From Schmidtea polychroa (taxonomy: Eukaryota), in contig CM097887.1 in assembly GCA_044892525.1 (NCBI GenBank), positions 40,052,001-40,116,000 of the forward strand: a DNA stretch of 64,000 bases, in the 5' to 3' direction. How positions within the stretch are numbered: position 1 is the first letter of the stretch; the number at the start of each line of letters is the position of its first letter. The position numbers were made by a program, and so were the translations under genes. A model generated the notes under the pieces. The model made no database searches, was not told where the DNA came from, and was given only the letters and a program-made list of their open reading frames with translations. Below, in pieces: positions 25,801 to 39,556 of the stretch.

Positions 25801-28800
25801 GTCAATGTTATCATCAAAATTAAATAATTTATCCTATCACTTTTTTAGTCGTTTATGGTTAGTGCTACAGAAATTACAACATTATATAACAGCAAACCAA
25901 TACATCCTTTACACAATAGTAAAAAATTTGATAAAAAATAAACTTTCACGCTTTAATAGAAAATTGTTGGGTATTGAAAAAGTGCACTAATATAAGAAAA
26001 CAAAAATGATCTGACTTAATTACAGAATATTGCGCTTATTAATCATTCAAGTGTTATCACTATTATATATGAGATATTTTCGAGTTTTTAGGACCGACTT
26101 GTTGGATAAAAAGCTCGTGGTTACACTATTGAACACAAATATTACTTTCATGATTTTAAAATATTGGCACTAAAAAGCACTGTGTTGAAAGGTTGTATGT
26201 AGATAGATAATGAAGTCCTGCTCCATGAGCACCCTCCTTTGGGGCAACAAATGTCAATGCGCGGTTTGGGCAGTGGATTACTAGGTTAGGTCAATGTGAN
26301 NNNNNNNNNNNNNNNNNNNNNNNNNNNNNNNNNNNNNNNNNNNNNNNNNNNNNNNNNNNNNNNNNNNNNNNNNNNNNNNNNNNNNNNNNNNNNNNNNNNN
26401 NNNNNNNNNNNNNNNNNNNNNNNNNNNNNNNNNNNNNNNNNNNNNNGCTTAACACCCTTGCCATAGAAGTAAAAGAAGCGCCATTTTTGTACTGTCTATA
26501 TTCTCATAAATAGAAATACCAGTGAATTTGATTTGTATATCTAAGAGATTAAGACATCATGTATAAACTGATCTATATGAAATTCTAAATAAAAATAACG
26601 GGGATTTCAGTCATAAACAAATGAAAATAATATGTTATAAATGTCATGAGAACATAGGAATTGAAAAAATATTCTTTTCATTATAAAATCATCTCATTAT
26701 AATCCCTACAACACAAAACACTTTATTAAAAAAAAGAAGCAAATAATAAAATATTATAATGTTTATATTATATTTATTTCATCGACTTTCATGCTAAATA
26801 TTACAATACAACTTTTCGTGATTTAATTGCAGCAAATTTGGCAATTAAATCATTTATATCTAATTCATTCATTAGATCCCTTTCAATGGACATCAGTGAA
26901 AGAGACCATTCAACCCATTTTGTGTCATACATGTTCTTAAATTATTTTTGATTATTTTAAGTTTCCAAAAGTTTCTTTCTGCACTTACTATAGAAACTGG
27001 TATGGACAAAATAATTCTTAAAACTATAAATAAATTTTTTAAACAATTTTTTTTAATTTTTATCGCATATAAATTCAAGTAACTTTCGAGGTTTCAAATC
27101 AGAATTAAATATTGAATTAAATATTGAATAATATATTGAATAATATATTGAATAATATATTGAATAATATATTGAATAATATAATAAATAATATAATGAA
27201 TAATATAATGAATAATATAATAAATAATATAATGAATAATATAATGAATAATATAATGAATAATATAATGAATAATATATTGAATAATATATTGAATAAT
27301 ATATTGAATAATATATTGAATAATATATTGAATAATATATTGAATAATATAGTGAATAATATATTGAATAATATATTGAATAATGTATTGAAGCGAATAG
27401 TGTATTGAATTGATTTTGTAATGATAATAAATAATTAATAAAAAATTTTAGAAAGCAAAAAAATAAAAATCCGTAAAATACAATACAAATAAATTTAAAA
27501 AAATTATTATATAACAATTTTATTTGAATATATATATAAATATATATAAGCACTATCTATTGGGAAATTCAAAATTGTTAGTGTAAATTTTTATAAAATA
27601 AATTTTTCTCTCATACTTAGACTGATATAAGTCTGAATTAATTGTTAAACAATTTTCCCACATCCAGAAGTTATAGTGGACAAAACACGGTTAAAGAAAT
27701 GTCTACTATGATAACTATACAATCTATTTATGTTTTGTTTCTTTATAAAACTAGTATATTCAAATTATTAATTTACATATACTTCAGAAGTTTAACCATT
27801 TGCGAATAAACTAATAAATCAGATTTGATAAACCTTGTCTAAGATTATCTTGTTTCTTCTGATCTTGATACAGAGCAGAGATCCGCTTTTCAAGATTTTC
27901 AATACGTCGATTCAAATCCATGGGATTCTCCTTACTTTCTGCGTACAAAGTTAACAGGTTTTGTTCAGTTTTATAAACAACTGGCGATTGGTTAGTAAAA
28001 TGTATTGAATTTTCCATTAAGTCTTCATTAATATTTGACTTTTGTATATCAATCTATTGTTAAAATAAAAACGAAACATAGCGAAGCGATAATATACTTT
28101 AATTTTCGATGTTATATTACTGTATAAAGCCGGAGTTTCATTAATATATTTTTCATATGATTCAATAACCGTTTTTAAATTGTTCAAGCGATCAGTCTCA
28201 AATTTCTGTAACTGATCTAATCCCTAGAAGAAAACATTTTTTTCAAAAAAAATTCAAATTCATCGGTTCAGTGAAAAGGACGAATAAAAATAATCAATTA
28301 CAGGCACACAAAAATAGATTATCTGAAAGTTAAATAGGCTAGAATTTTTCCAAAAACAAGTTTTACTTACAAGGAGATATATATTTATGTTTAACAGGCT
28401 TTGAACTTTGGATCCAAATGTGAAAATATTCGGATTCTACATACAAAAATTACACAGGTTTAGTTTGTTAGCTTATAAAAATCCTTCATCTAATACTTAT
28501 TATACATTATTATAGGCGTTAATGAGTGGCTTTTTTTGTTTAAATACTTGTAGTCCAAACTTACTTTAAAAAATGTTTTATAACAAAACATTTGCAATCG
28601 CAGCACATTGATTTTACTAATAAAATATTGTAGTTTAATTTCCGAAATAATTAAGACATCATGAAAATATAATTTTGATAATTTTTAATGGTGCAATTTT
28701 ATGTTAGTTGGAAACGATATTTATTTTCTTAAAATCTTAAATGTAGATCTAATTAGCCAATATGTAAGCCTCAAGAAATAAAAAATCAAATATATTTTTA

Positions 28801-31800
28801 CTAAACCAATTGCAAATGTTATGTCAAAAACATTTTCAAAAGTAAGTTTGAACTAAAAGTATTTAAACAAAAAGCCACATACTAATGGCTATAATTTAAT
28901 AAGCATTAAATGGAAGTTCTTCTTTCGTTAGTAGACCAAGCCTAAATAATTTTGTAGTATATTGTCACCTTTGAGTCTAAAACTCAAAGCCTGTTGTAAC
29001 ATAANNNNNNNNNNNNNNNNNNNNNNNNNNNNNNNNNNNNNNNNNNNNNNNNNNNNNNNNNNNNNNNNNNNNNNNNNNNNNNNNNNNNNNNNNNNNNNNN
29101 NNNNNNNNNNNNNNNNNNNNNNNNNNNNNNNNNNNNNNNNNNNNNNNNNNNNNNNNNNNNNNNGAAATGTAATATAAATAAATAGTAAAACGTCGACATT
29201 ACATATAAATAACTTTGTTCCCAATTATGCCGACTTTCTTCAGCGGATAAGGATGACTCAAAATACTCTTTTTCTGCCTTCATACTCATATCTTTCAATT
29301 TCTGTGTACACTTTTCGATCTAGAAAGGATTTGATCAAAAATTCTGTAAACATCTATAAAAGATAAACAATGAAATTGTATTCAACAAAAATTCAGAAAT
29401 GTGAAATGCCACCAACCTGATTGATCATCACTTGAACTGGACTAAAAATAACAATCAACACAAATCAATATTAAACCGACATAACAATTACAGGGACGTT
29501 AAAATCATCGATTTTATGAAATAATTCATTATTTTCAATGAAAATTCAATATTTCATTAAGCAAATCAATCAATGGCAGCAAATCAATTTAGACTGCCAT
29601 CAAAATATGGATATAATTGTGGAACAATCCATATTAATAATGCAATTTACTGTGCTAATCAATTTCTAAATCAGATGCATTCCAAAGATTTACAATATTT
29701 TTGGTATTAACCTACGTTAACTGATTATTTAATTTAGAAGTTCTTAAATCTTACAAATACTTCGTTATCTTTTAATTTAATAAATTTTTCAACCTATGTC
29801 ATATTAGACCCTTTAACATTCCAGTCCTTTACTTTAGTTAAGTGGTTCTTAACATCTTTAGTGATTGAGATCCTCTTGAATCAAAAAATAAGATCTCATA
29901 CCGCTTTCAAAATTGTTTTCATATTATTTTATTTTTAAGAAATTATTTCCATTTAACATTTTTAATAAAAAACACAAATAAATTTACAAATACAAAAAAA
30001 GTAATTTTTAAATTTTTAATGCTACTTTGTTGTTGTTTATTCGTAATAATATTTTTGACGCGAGGCTCCTTTTTTGAAAGGGTCGCGTAAATCATCATTT
30101 TCATTTAAGTGATTTCTGTTAAATGTTTTTATGAGCAAAAGTGGTGGAAATCCCATTTCATAATAAACCTATATCCCAAAATTTTGACTTTTGGAAACAG
30201 TGAAATATATCTATGCTAATAAAAACTTCATTTAACCTCTGTCTGACTTAATGAATAATTAAATTTCTAATACTATATAATAGCATAATAAATCTTTGAA
30301 ACATGCCGAATTTTTGAATATCAATAATAGACATATTTTAACATTATAGGAAAAATAAAATAAAAAACAATTTACCTTGCCACGAATTTATAAAATTTTG
30401 TGCCATGACAGACTACAACAATAAAAATTAAATCCAAAAACTCATGTCATTCACAATATAATGCTTTAAAATCTTTTTTATAATTCATCCTGGTTTTTGT
30501 CTCTAACAAGTAATTTAGCTAATTTGTTATTCTTAACTTATTCTGATACGAGAAACAAATTTCAATGAACCATTTGCACTCACCGTTAAATCATCTATCT
30601 GTTACTTTTTTGTATTATTTTTATTTAATATTTACTTAACAATAAATATTTAAGAAATTGGATAAGCCGATACGAAACAATTGTATTACACTATAAAAGC
30701 CTGACACCTCTAAAAAAACTTACATGAATTCGGCCAGATTTCAAAATTCCACTCACATTCCGATCAAAAATCTTAAATTTCATAAAAAAGTGTATGAAAA
30801 CTTATATAAATTTCCAATGTTTGCAAAATATAAAGAACCCAAGTTTATTTATTAAACATCGATACATATACTGATTCATAGTCTAAGCTTTTTAATAAAT
30901 ACAATGGAAAAGAAATCAATGGTGAAATTTGAAAAAAAAAGTTCTTATAAACTAATTTTAGTATCAATTTAAGCAATGAATCAATTTTTAACACTGGGAA
31001 AACATTTTAATTAAATAAATTAAATGGCTAAATTTATTTTAATTGTTAAGCGCATTCATCATCTCAAATTTAGAGATAACTTAAAAGTTTTCTAAATTAA
31101 TTTTCTGTCTAAAATTATTTTGTGAAGACTTAATTTTGCTTTAGTTTGAAAATATTTTCTAGTAATTGAAAGTGATCCCAAATGAGCTTTCAAATTCCGA
31201 TCGATGTTGAAGTGTATTTATCTCTAACTATCGGAAACTGTAAAATAAATTAGGAAGTTATCATCACAAAGCCTGAACATGGATTTCATTCTCAAAAAAG
31301 CAAAATCAGAATATATGAAAACAAAATTAACACTAATTCTATTCAAAATATTTTTACAATTGACTTCACAAAGTTTCAAATCTCTCAATAAACTCGATGT
31401 ATAACCTTTATTCTGCGATTTTCAATATTTATTGAAAGTATGAAATGTATTTAATGCACAATAAAAAAACTAAGTAAATATTTTATTACACAAAAGAATA
31501 TTAAAGCAAGTTAAACAAAACGATCAGATGGTCATCGACAACGATTTCGATCCAGAAATAAATTCTCAAAATTGAAATATTTTCATTGCAAAACAGACAA
31601 CACTCATGGAAAATATTGTCTTTAAAAACTGTTCAAAAATCTCGTACAAATGAAAGAATATATTATTATATCTCTGAAATTCGTATTTTTATGGCATTTG
31701 AAGAAATGTCATTTTAAAGGTAAAATTATCACTCTCACTTTTAAGAGATATATTATTTTTGGTCTCGAATATTTGCTTCCGTGTCAAATAGCCCCAAATG

Positions 31801-34800
31801 AACTTTAAATACACCTCTTATAATTAAAAAATTCACATAATTTCTTTCTTCCAGTAATGGAGTTTTTATGGTTTTGAACAACTCACCCTTGTTAAAGATC
31901 TTGGCATTAAAATATAATGATGAAAAAAAGATATTACTTTGGTATTTGGCACAAGGCAGGAGAATAAACATTACGTAAAATACTGACATTTCAATTTATA
32001 ATGATGCAATTTGTGTTAATTATTTTGATGGGATAAAATATTCCAATTAAGATGTGAGTTAAAATTTTTATATTGTATGATAAGTTTCATTTTTTTGTTT
32101 TTTATTTTTAAAATGCTTTAAATTAGCTATAATTATTATGATCTCTAATTCTGGAAGTGTAATTGTGTTTTAGCCATTGAAATATATATATAGGATATAG
32201 GATATATAGGATATATATAGGATATAATTTCAAAAGCAAGTATATGAAGGTTAACAGAATATTAAGTTATTGAAATCTCACTAATATTTCACAAAAAAAA
32301 GTGGTTAAACTGGAACACAGGCAAAGTTTTTTCAGTAAACACTTTCAAAACATTAATTTTCTTTGTATGATTAAATATGTAGGAGTATAAGAATAATCTA
32401 AGTATTTGAATTATATTCATTAACTAATACAATATAGCTTTGAAGGTCTAAATGGCGATTGTGGGAATCGCTGGAATCTGAATTAAGATCTTCATTTCGT
32501 ATTTGTTCCATTATTACAACTGAGATTGACAAAACCAAACAAGCGGCCATAATCGATATTGATCCAAAACAATGGTTTAGTATTTCTTTTTCAAACTTCA
32601 AATTCGAACTGATATTTTCAATAGGTTAACTTTGAACGATTTGGGAACTATTCATCACCTGACTATTCACCCCGGACGATTCATCAAGAGGACGATACAT
32701 CCAAAATGAATAAATTGGAAAAGTCATTTTACAGTATTATATGAGGGTGCTTAGTAATTAAATTATGGTGTTTGAATTCCCCTTCTATAGGCAATATCAG
32801 AGGTTAGTTCTAAAACATTCACCAGGTTCACCATTATAACAGAGACTTCATCTTACTTACAAAAAAATTATAACAAGACCGCTGGCAATATAATTTCACA
32901 GTCCGTAACCTTTACACTAGCTTCCAGTAAATTTCTTTCCTTTTTATTCACACTGTCCCTACACCATAATTAAACATTCAAGGATCTCTACACCTACTAC
33001 TGGTGATTAATTTCAACTAGATGATTTTTCATTAACTTAAATGTTTTTTTAGTTGTTTTACTTTTTATTATTTATTTTAATTTGTATTTAATTTTGATGA
33101 ATTTTCCTGCGATGAGTTTTTCTTAGCTGAATCGTCCTCTGGGTGAATCATCCGAGGATGAATCGTTCGGATACCCTTTGGACACTGATGATATAGAAAT
33201 ATACGAAAAACAAATAGAATGATGTAAATGATACATTGGATGTTGAGGTGAAGTGGTACGATATTCCACAAATTGTTATGATTCCAGAGTTTTGAATATA
33301 TTTTTTTGTTAGTTTTGAAATAAAAGGTTTGCAGATAATGATAATATTTAAACAACATAATTTCTGTTTATTTCATTAATAATGCATGTAATTTTAATTT
33401 AAATAATTAAAAAAAAACCTTAAAAAATATAATTAAATGCGCATGTTTCAGGCACTACAAAATTCGTTTATTGCATGCTTTAAACATGCAATAAAAACAT
33501 ACATTCACTTAAAATAATTTTTAATATTTCGTACCTTGAAACCAAGCTTAATGTACAAATACTAAAATATTAATTAAATAAAAAATGACACTTTTATTTC
33601 ATTATTATTATTATTATTATAGGTGAAAAATAACATGACTATGACTAAAATAGTAGAAAGATTCACACATATCCGCTTTACGTCATATTTCTACAGTTTC
33701 ATAGTCATTGTTAGCAATGAAAAAACTATCAATATAATAAATTAATTAAAAAAATTATAAAATTAATTAATTTTTAAAAAATTATATTTTTCATACCCAA
33801 AATAATATAAATTTTAATCAACAATTCATAAATTTAGCAAATTTTAAAAATCAAGTTATTAAACATACTATTTTAATCATTCAATACATTTATAGACAAC
33901 AATTATCCAAAAACCCGCAATTTAACTATCCAAATTACTCAAAAACATTCAAAAATACTTTCACTTCATTTTGCACAGTAATTTTCGGATCCAACGATTT
34001 ATATTAACGATTTACATATAATATTTTAAAAATAATAATTACAAAACATCCCCAATTTCATTCGCACGGCTTTTATTGTGATCACTAATATTGCCCAATC
34101 CCATCGGTCGACAATGTTCAAGAAGTCAAGTACAGAGAAGACGGAAAGTCTCTCCAATGTATGCATAGGTACAAGAGTGAGACGTTTTCAGGTAATATTC
34201 AGTTACTTCAATTTGCGAACCATCGTTGGCTGTGACAAAACAACACCTGTTTTCTCTGCAGCTTTGGAAGTCATTTCTGACTACAAACGTTCGTTGTTAC
34301 ATGCAACAGCATTAAACAAGACGTTTTCTGGATCAGATAGAATTGAGTTTTTCTATCCCAAGTTTCTTTCCTCTTTTGAGATGATGAAACATAATCAAAC
34401 CCGTCTTGTTCAGTCAGAAGCGATATCCCTAACCCAGTGATTCTCAATTAATATAAAAGCGTGGAACACCATTCACATGATTTTTTTACGCGGAACACTG
34501 ACAAAAAAATACTTGCCCACAATGAGTGACCAATCACAAATTACTATAAATCTGTCGTAAACGTAAACAATGCCTTCTTATAAGCAAAGAAAATACCGCA
34601 CACAACAATAACAAGCAATAAAAACACTTTTATATTTGTATGTTTATATATCTGTGTAACGGCTTTCTAATTAAAACATCTTATAAAAAAATTAATTGAG
34701 GTTTTTGATGGTATGTATCTTCAATGCAAATTTAAATATAAAATGTCATTTTTTCACGGAACACTGGAAACGTAATCGCGGAACACGGGCTGAGAACCAC

Positions 34801-37800
34801 TGCCCTAACCGAATGCTTATTTGCAGAGTTAGCCATATTAAAGACTACATTATGAATCTCATTAGTTACTGTAATACGTTTTTTTCGTTCCACGATAAGG
34901 GTATTTTTTTTAAACCTTAAAATAAAATTTATAACTTTGAATAATTTTTATAGGGGTTTTCTTTCCCATACCTTATATAAGTACTACCAACACAATATTC
35001 AGCTCGAAAAGAAGTAAGAAAACTTAATTTCAATCAAATTCCAGTTTCAGCCTTAGATGCAAATCATTTCGTTCCAAATTCATTTTTGGGCTGATTTTTC
35101 TAACCAATTAATTCAACATGTTTTAAGCAATCTCAATTTTAAATTTTTTCATATTTTTATTAAAATGATGTTGTCTCGTTTGTCACTGGCAGCTTTAAGA
35201 AATTCCATGAAATTTTTCAATGCTGATTGTTCAATTTTCCCCAAATTGTTATCAAAAAACGAACGAAACCGATATTTAATAGTTTTATTATAGCATGTTT
35301 AAAATTAATTCATAATATTTCTCCATCTCAAAATTTATTAAATATAACAAAGCTGGTTTTATTTGATCGTGAATTATCCTAAGGTTGTTTCTGTTTGTTA
35401 TTATTATGGCTCTAGTGTTATCAAACATATTAGGGAATTACATAATCAAAAATTTTTGTAAATATATTTCTGACATTGTTCAGATTTCTAAAATTATAAT
35501 GGAAACTTTTACAGTTGTCATTACCATTTTTAATTATGCGACATTTCCCTCTTATATTATTACCATTCAAAATCAAACCAATTAGAAAACATATTATTAA
35601 ACACTTATGTAAATCACAAAGGTCAGATTTCGTAAGATTTGTAGAATTGATAATAAATAATTAAGAGAAATGTAATATAAAATTATGGGAAATTTGTATC
35701 AGGAGAATTTTATTACATAAATATTGTAAAATATAACTACAGATAGGATAAATTAACTGAAAATTATAATTACCTTCGATCGTTCTTTGTCATTTCCGGG
35801 AACTGAAGATGGATGATTAGTTTTATATTCTTCAATGCTTTCATATGACTTTTCACAATCCTTTACTGCCGAGAATGCTTTCTTTTTACATCTCATCTCC
35901 TCCTCCCTTTTTTCTTGTAAAGCCTTCAAGCACTTTTCAATTTCGGTTTCTACCTGGATATCAAAAACTAACCGTAAACACAGTTTTTAAAACACTCTCT
36001 ATCTCTCTCTATATAAATATTTCATGCGTGCTCAACACATTAGAGTTCGCTAATTTCACGCGGAACTTTACCTAGAGTCCGGCAGGTTTTCGTAAAGAAC
36101 TTTTAAAAAACTACGCCTTCAATAAAATTGTAATAACTCCTAAACCAGCGCACGTAATTCGATGAAATTTTTATGGAGCGTCGAGTATGGTTTGCCGCAT
36201 ACATTTGAATGATCAAATCAAAGATTTACAACTTAGTTTTTTTGCATTCAAAAATTTAATATATATCGATAGAAAAAAATAAATTATTTCCAAGTTTATT
36301 TTATTTAAAACCTAACATTTTTTTGCCGAGGTTAAATTTGATTCATTACAATTGTCCAAAAAGAACAGGCACTAGGAGAAATGAAACGGCATCAAAAAAA
36401 TTCGAAATAATCCTGGTCCCACAGTCATTATAAAAATACCTTTTTTTGCATATATTTTTAACTTTCTAGGAAGGATATTGTGTAGAAAATTTTAGTGCTG
36501 TTCACAGGTCTCCATTGGTGGGATTGCTGGTGGTATGTTGATAATTGTTATTTTTTTAGATGAATGAAATATGTATCACACGATTAGAATACTTATCCTG
36601 CCATGGGTCACACTTAGTGAAATTACCGATCTACCCGGATAATATTTATCTATATTTTTCAGGTAGTGTCCATTTTTTAAAGTTTTTGAAGGATTACTAG
36701 TTTAAATTTAGGATTTAAAGGAATACAGTATCGTCACGTAATTCAAAAAGTTTGCGTCCTATAACTTTATAAATCTCCGCGAATAAAAGTTTTATAAAAT
36801 TGTTTAAAAAACATTGCTAAATTATGTGTGTAAATTCCTCATTGTGTGTGTAAAAATTGGGAATGTTTTACGATATTCAATATGTTAGTCCCCATCTAGC
36901 GTTGAAAAGATAAATTAAACTCGTGCGAGGATAGATTTTTTTTTAATGGTATATTTGCGCCGTATTTATCACACGAAAACGCGTGAACGGACTGTAACGT
37001 GTTAATAACACGCAAAATCACCTGGTTAAGAAATTACTTTGAAAGGAGCATTTTATTAATATTTTGAAAGAAATTTTGAAAATATTAATAAAAATGATCG
37101 ATCTGAAATTTCGACAGCGAATCAATCTAACAAATTTCTGCTCAATCCGATCACGGGAAGTGGGTTAATTTGCCGCCACGAGATTTGCGTGATTCATACA
37201 AACATTCAAAAATACATACAAAGTGAAATTATTATAGAGTTTAATAAAAATGGCTATATTAAGCTATTAAATTAATAATAATAATAATAATAATCAATTA
37301 ATAAAAATAATAATGATTATAATAAATTAATAAAAAAAAAATAATAAAATTACAGGTTTTTTGAATTTAATAAATTGATCACTTGCGAAAAGAAGAGATT
37401 TGTAAAATTCGTCTTGTAATTGGTTACCCAGTCGTCTAAAATTTAATTCAAAATATATTAAAGAATAAAAATATAAGAAATTATGTGAAATTTGCAAAGT
37501 TACGGAAAATAAATAATTAATTTAACTATTTACACTAGAATGACATGATATATGTACGTGACTTACATAACGCGTGCAGTGATCTTTGTTAAGTTGGCCG
37601 TTCTGTCAACAAGTAAAATATTGTATAGTTCCTATAATTATCAGAAAGCGTCACTGAAACATATCCATCGTTGTACTTTATTGCGTTATTTATAAATTAA
37701 ATTATTAACCCTTTCGCTGCTCCACACGTATATTATCGCAAAAAAAACCGTGCCACATACACTCCAAACAAGTATATTCGCATATTGTTTCAAAATAGTT

Positions 37801-39556
37801 TGCTGCTCAACACGACTATACTTGCTATGTATAATATATGTTTGCTGCTCTACACGACTTTATTTACTTTTATTTACAAGTTCGAACTTGCACAATATAT
37901 GATGATATATGATGAACAATTACTGACACATAACCTCAGTTGTGTCTAGCATTCTGAAAGAGGCGTATCGAATAACTTATAATGTTATAATATATTATTA
38001 TAAATATATTACATCGTAAGTATTTATTTGTAATATTATTAACAAATATAAATAATTTATTAAAATTTTTTATAAGATGGCAAAAAAATATCTTACTGAT
38101 ACTGAAATGGAGGAAATATTAATGCAGTCTGATAGTGAAGAGGAATTTCTCGATGAAGTATCGTCAGAAGAAGACAGCAACGATGATGAGGCAACCAATG
38201 ATTCTGATAATTCATATGATTATACTGAAGAGCCTAAACCCAAGAAAAGAGCTCAGATCAATAACGAATATAAATGGAAGGACGGAACATCTTTTACACC
38301 AAAAATTCACAATTTTAATAACGAACATTCAGGTCCTACAGTAGGTAACGCTGGTTCCACGGAATTAGAGTGTTTCACAATATTTTTTACCGAGGATATA
38401 GTGAAAAAAATTGCTGAGGAAACTAACTCATACTTTCAATTTGTTATGACTTAAAATTCAAACAAAGATAAATCGCGTCTCAAACGGTGGAAGAACACAG
38501 ATTCCAAAGAACTATATTGCTTTTTTGCTATAAATATTTTAATGGCTCAGGTGAAAAAAACCGTTTGAATGATTATTGGTCTCAAGAGTGGCTTCGATCA
38601 ACTCCAGTATTTGACAAATATTTGCTACTTTTGCAGCTACTTCATTTTAACGATAATACTTCACCGCCCATTGAGGGTGATTCTTTACGGAAAATAAAAT
38701 TTATTGTTCAGCACTTGAAAAAATCATTCAGGGAGGCTTTCATACCATTTCAAAATATTTGTATGCTATTCAAGGGACGCTTGTGCTTCAAACAATACAT
38801 TCCTTCCAAGCGCCATCGTTTTGGAATTAAATTGTTCATTATGTGTGATTGCCAAACGGGTTACGTTTTAGACATACGTTTTAATTATGTTCCTGTTTAA
38901 AGAATTGAAGTAAACCTTCAATGTCACAGCAATAACAGTTTTTTTTTCCATTTAAAAGAATGAAATGACATTTTGTGAATATTTAGTGCGTTTTTGCAGA
39001 ACCTTATTTATTTTATATATTTTCTTTGAATAATAATGATGTCAATTATATGCCAGCGCAAATGGTTAACATATGATTTTACAAAATCGTTTTTTTTATC
39101 AAATAACTATACTATGTATTTAAAATTAAATTTTTAGACTGAATTCGGAATAAATAGACCCGAAATCAAACTGTAATTTAAATAAAGAACTTGACGATGT
39201 ATTTCAAGTAATTCATCTGTGCTCAATAGCACCAAATTATGCGGTAACTCATTCATAATATTCTATAAAAAAAAAGTTGCAGGCGCATGGAATTAGTATC
39301 AATGATAAAAATAAATTAATCAAATTTAAATGAAATATATATATATATATATATCATGTAACAAACTTATGAATTTCAGATTCCCCAATCATATTATGTC
39401 CAGTGTTTGTCCAAAGAGTACAAATAGACCTTCAAAAAAGTTTCATTATAAAAATAATTCAGTTTTTGTTACTACCCTTTACTAGGTTGAAATGCCTTTA
39501 TAATTCGAGTGCCGATTTTTGACAATTTTGTTGCATATTCTATTTCTAATTCATAT
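13300..39556 (-). CDS. NOSTRIN: NOSTRIN-like F-BAR + HR1 + SH3 protein, spliced, 5' end unresolved
   Basis: GT-AG exons with consistent phases: 39556-39476 (YELEIEYATKLSKIG), 39429-39363, 39262-39191, 35953-35774 (VETEIEK...DKERSK), 29319-29203 (AEESRHNWEQ), 28223-28098, 28053-27834, 21027-20939 (KMLNVYEDTSKFSD), 17188-16693 (LVNLLSANIYKL...KALHDFEARDQEELSFQEG), 13403-13300 (DVITI...WWEGELNGNVGLIPRDYV*). From memory these segments parallel human NOSTRIN (e.g. LDLLEANSYKL, MLKTYSSTSSFSD). The three 5'-most exons are less certain (weak donors). Confidence 0.82.
13698..13806. repeat. Perfect 109-bp palindrome (54-bp arms, 1-nt loop at 13752)
   Basis: TTTGGTACTTTTC...CTTTAA G TTAAAG...GAAAAGTACCAAA, checked base by base. 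Confidence 0.95.
13807..14189. mobile_element. MITE-like element with about 37-bp imperfect TIRs (TTTTTTGGTAACTGA...)
   Basis: Left arm TTTTTTGGTAACTGAAATTGAAAAAAGTTACTAC versus reverse complement of right arm TTTTTTGGTAACTGAGATTGTAAAAGGTTACTAC; no clear TSD. Confidence 0.6.
14830..16300 (+). pseudogene. Heavily decayed piggyBac (PGBD4-like) transposase
   Basis: Acidic N-terminus, then TPVQTLSQFIYDEVIKLLVDQTKLY, DKNRKLYV, ITILK*KNMRDVKILS, YNKGKIGIDLSDQM; many disablements. Confidence 0.75.
18023..18103. repeat. (ATT)n microsatellite; similar (AAT)n tracts at 22801-22882 and about 48998-49088
   Basis: Visible trinucleotide runs. Confidence 0.95.
18438..18642. mobile_element. Small decayed hAT-like MITE
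   Basis: Imperfect 33-bp TIRs TAGCGTTACCAAACGTAGCGATTAATCGGGACA / TAGCTTTACCAGGCGTCCTGATTAATCGGGGCA; no TSD seen. Confidence 0.55.
19781..19834 (+). ncRNA. Minimal type I hammerhead ribozyme, predicted cleavage GUC after 19823
   Basis: Core CUGAUGA (19794-19800); stem II GAGC/GCUC with loop CAAAA; GAAA (19814-19817); 2-bp helix III inside the palindrome ACUAGU (19817-19822); stem I UAGUA/UACUA, CA bulge, CCAA/UUGG. Confidence 0.9.
21116..21645. mobile_element. Non-autonomous foldback element with about 175-bp diverged TIRs (MULE-like?)
   Basis: Arms about 21116-21292 and 21472-21645 (GGTACTTTC...GACAAAGTATTTTGACCCC...); TSD not resolved. Confidence 0.75.
23596..24096. mobile_element. hAT (Charlie/Buster-type) MITE, 501 bp
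   Basis: 14-bp perfect TIR CAGTGATTCCCAAA and perfect 8-bp TSD CACTAAGA. Confidence 0.95.
26300..26446. other. Assembly gap; further gaps at 29005-29163, 48848-48988 and 55793-55955
   Basis: Runs of N. Confidence 1.
27103..27392. repeat. 12-bp minisatellite (ATATTGAATAAT / ATAATGAATAAT), about 24 copies
   Basis: Visible period-12 array; explains the YSIY and NNIL low-complexity ORFs. Confidence 0.95.
34078..34167 (-). pseudogene. Penelope-like GIY-YIG fragment
   Basis: YAYIGETFRLLCT*LLEHCRPMGLGNISDH matches YIGxTxRxLxxRxxEH and resembles the 8.7-9.0 kb copies. Confidence 0.6.
34168..34870 (-). pseudogene. Tc1/IS630-like transposase N-terminal HTH fragment interrupted by a MITE
   Basis: After removing 34435-34802 the frame reads KHSVRDIAS...SEMTSKAAEKTGVVLSQPTMVRKLK*LNIT*KRLTLVP. 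Confidence 0.5.
34435..34802. mobile_element. hAT MITE, 368 bp
   Basis: TIRs CAGTGATTCTCA / CAGTGGTTCTCA and perfect 8-bp TSD CCCTAACC. Confidence 0.92.
37709..39065 (+). mobile_element. Internally deleted piggyBac element with PGBD4-like transposase remnants (38077-about 38880)
   Basis: TTAA on both sides; ends CCCTTTCGCTG / CCATTTGCGCTG; motifs FFTEDIVKKIAEETN and FKGRLCFKQYIPSKRHRFGIKLFIMCD; the first catalytic Asp segment (IDES) is missing. Confidence 0.85.

Noticed and set aside
27053-27553. 166-aa and 94-aa ORFs (YSIY / NNIL repeats), also poly-L 17958-18239 and YI-repeat 60876-61121
   Set aside because: Translations of mini- and microsatellites.
32398-32601. Minus-strand ORF with a hydrophobic stretch (possible exon)
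   Set aside because: No recognisable homology, and not needed for the NOSTRIN exon chain.
32625-33178. Clusters of GGACGATTCATC-like repeats in opposite orientations (possible MULE-like MITE)
   Set aside because: Termini and TSD could not be defined.
33185-33215. CTGATGA...GAAA on the plus strand
   Set aside because: No closing pair for stem II, no helix III or NUH site, no stem I.
34427-34434. Telomere-like CCCTAACC
   Set aside because: A single unit, duplicated only as the hAT TSD.
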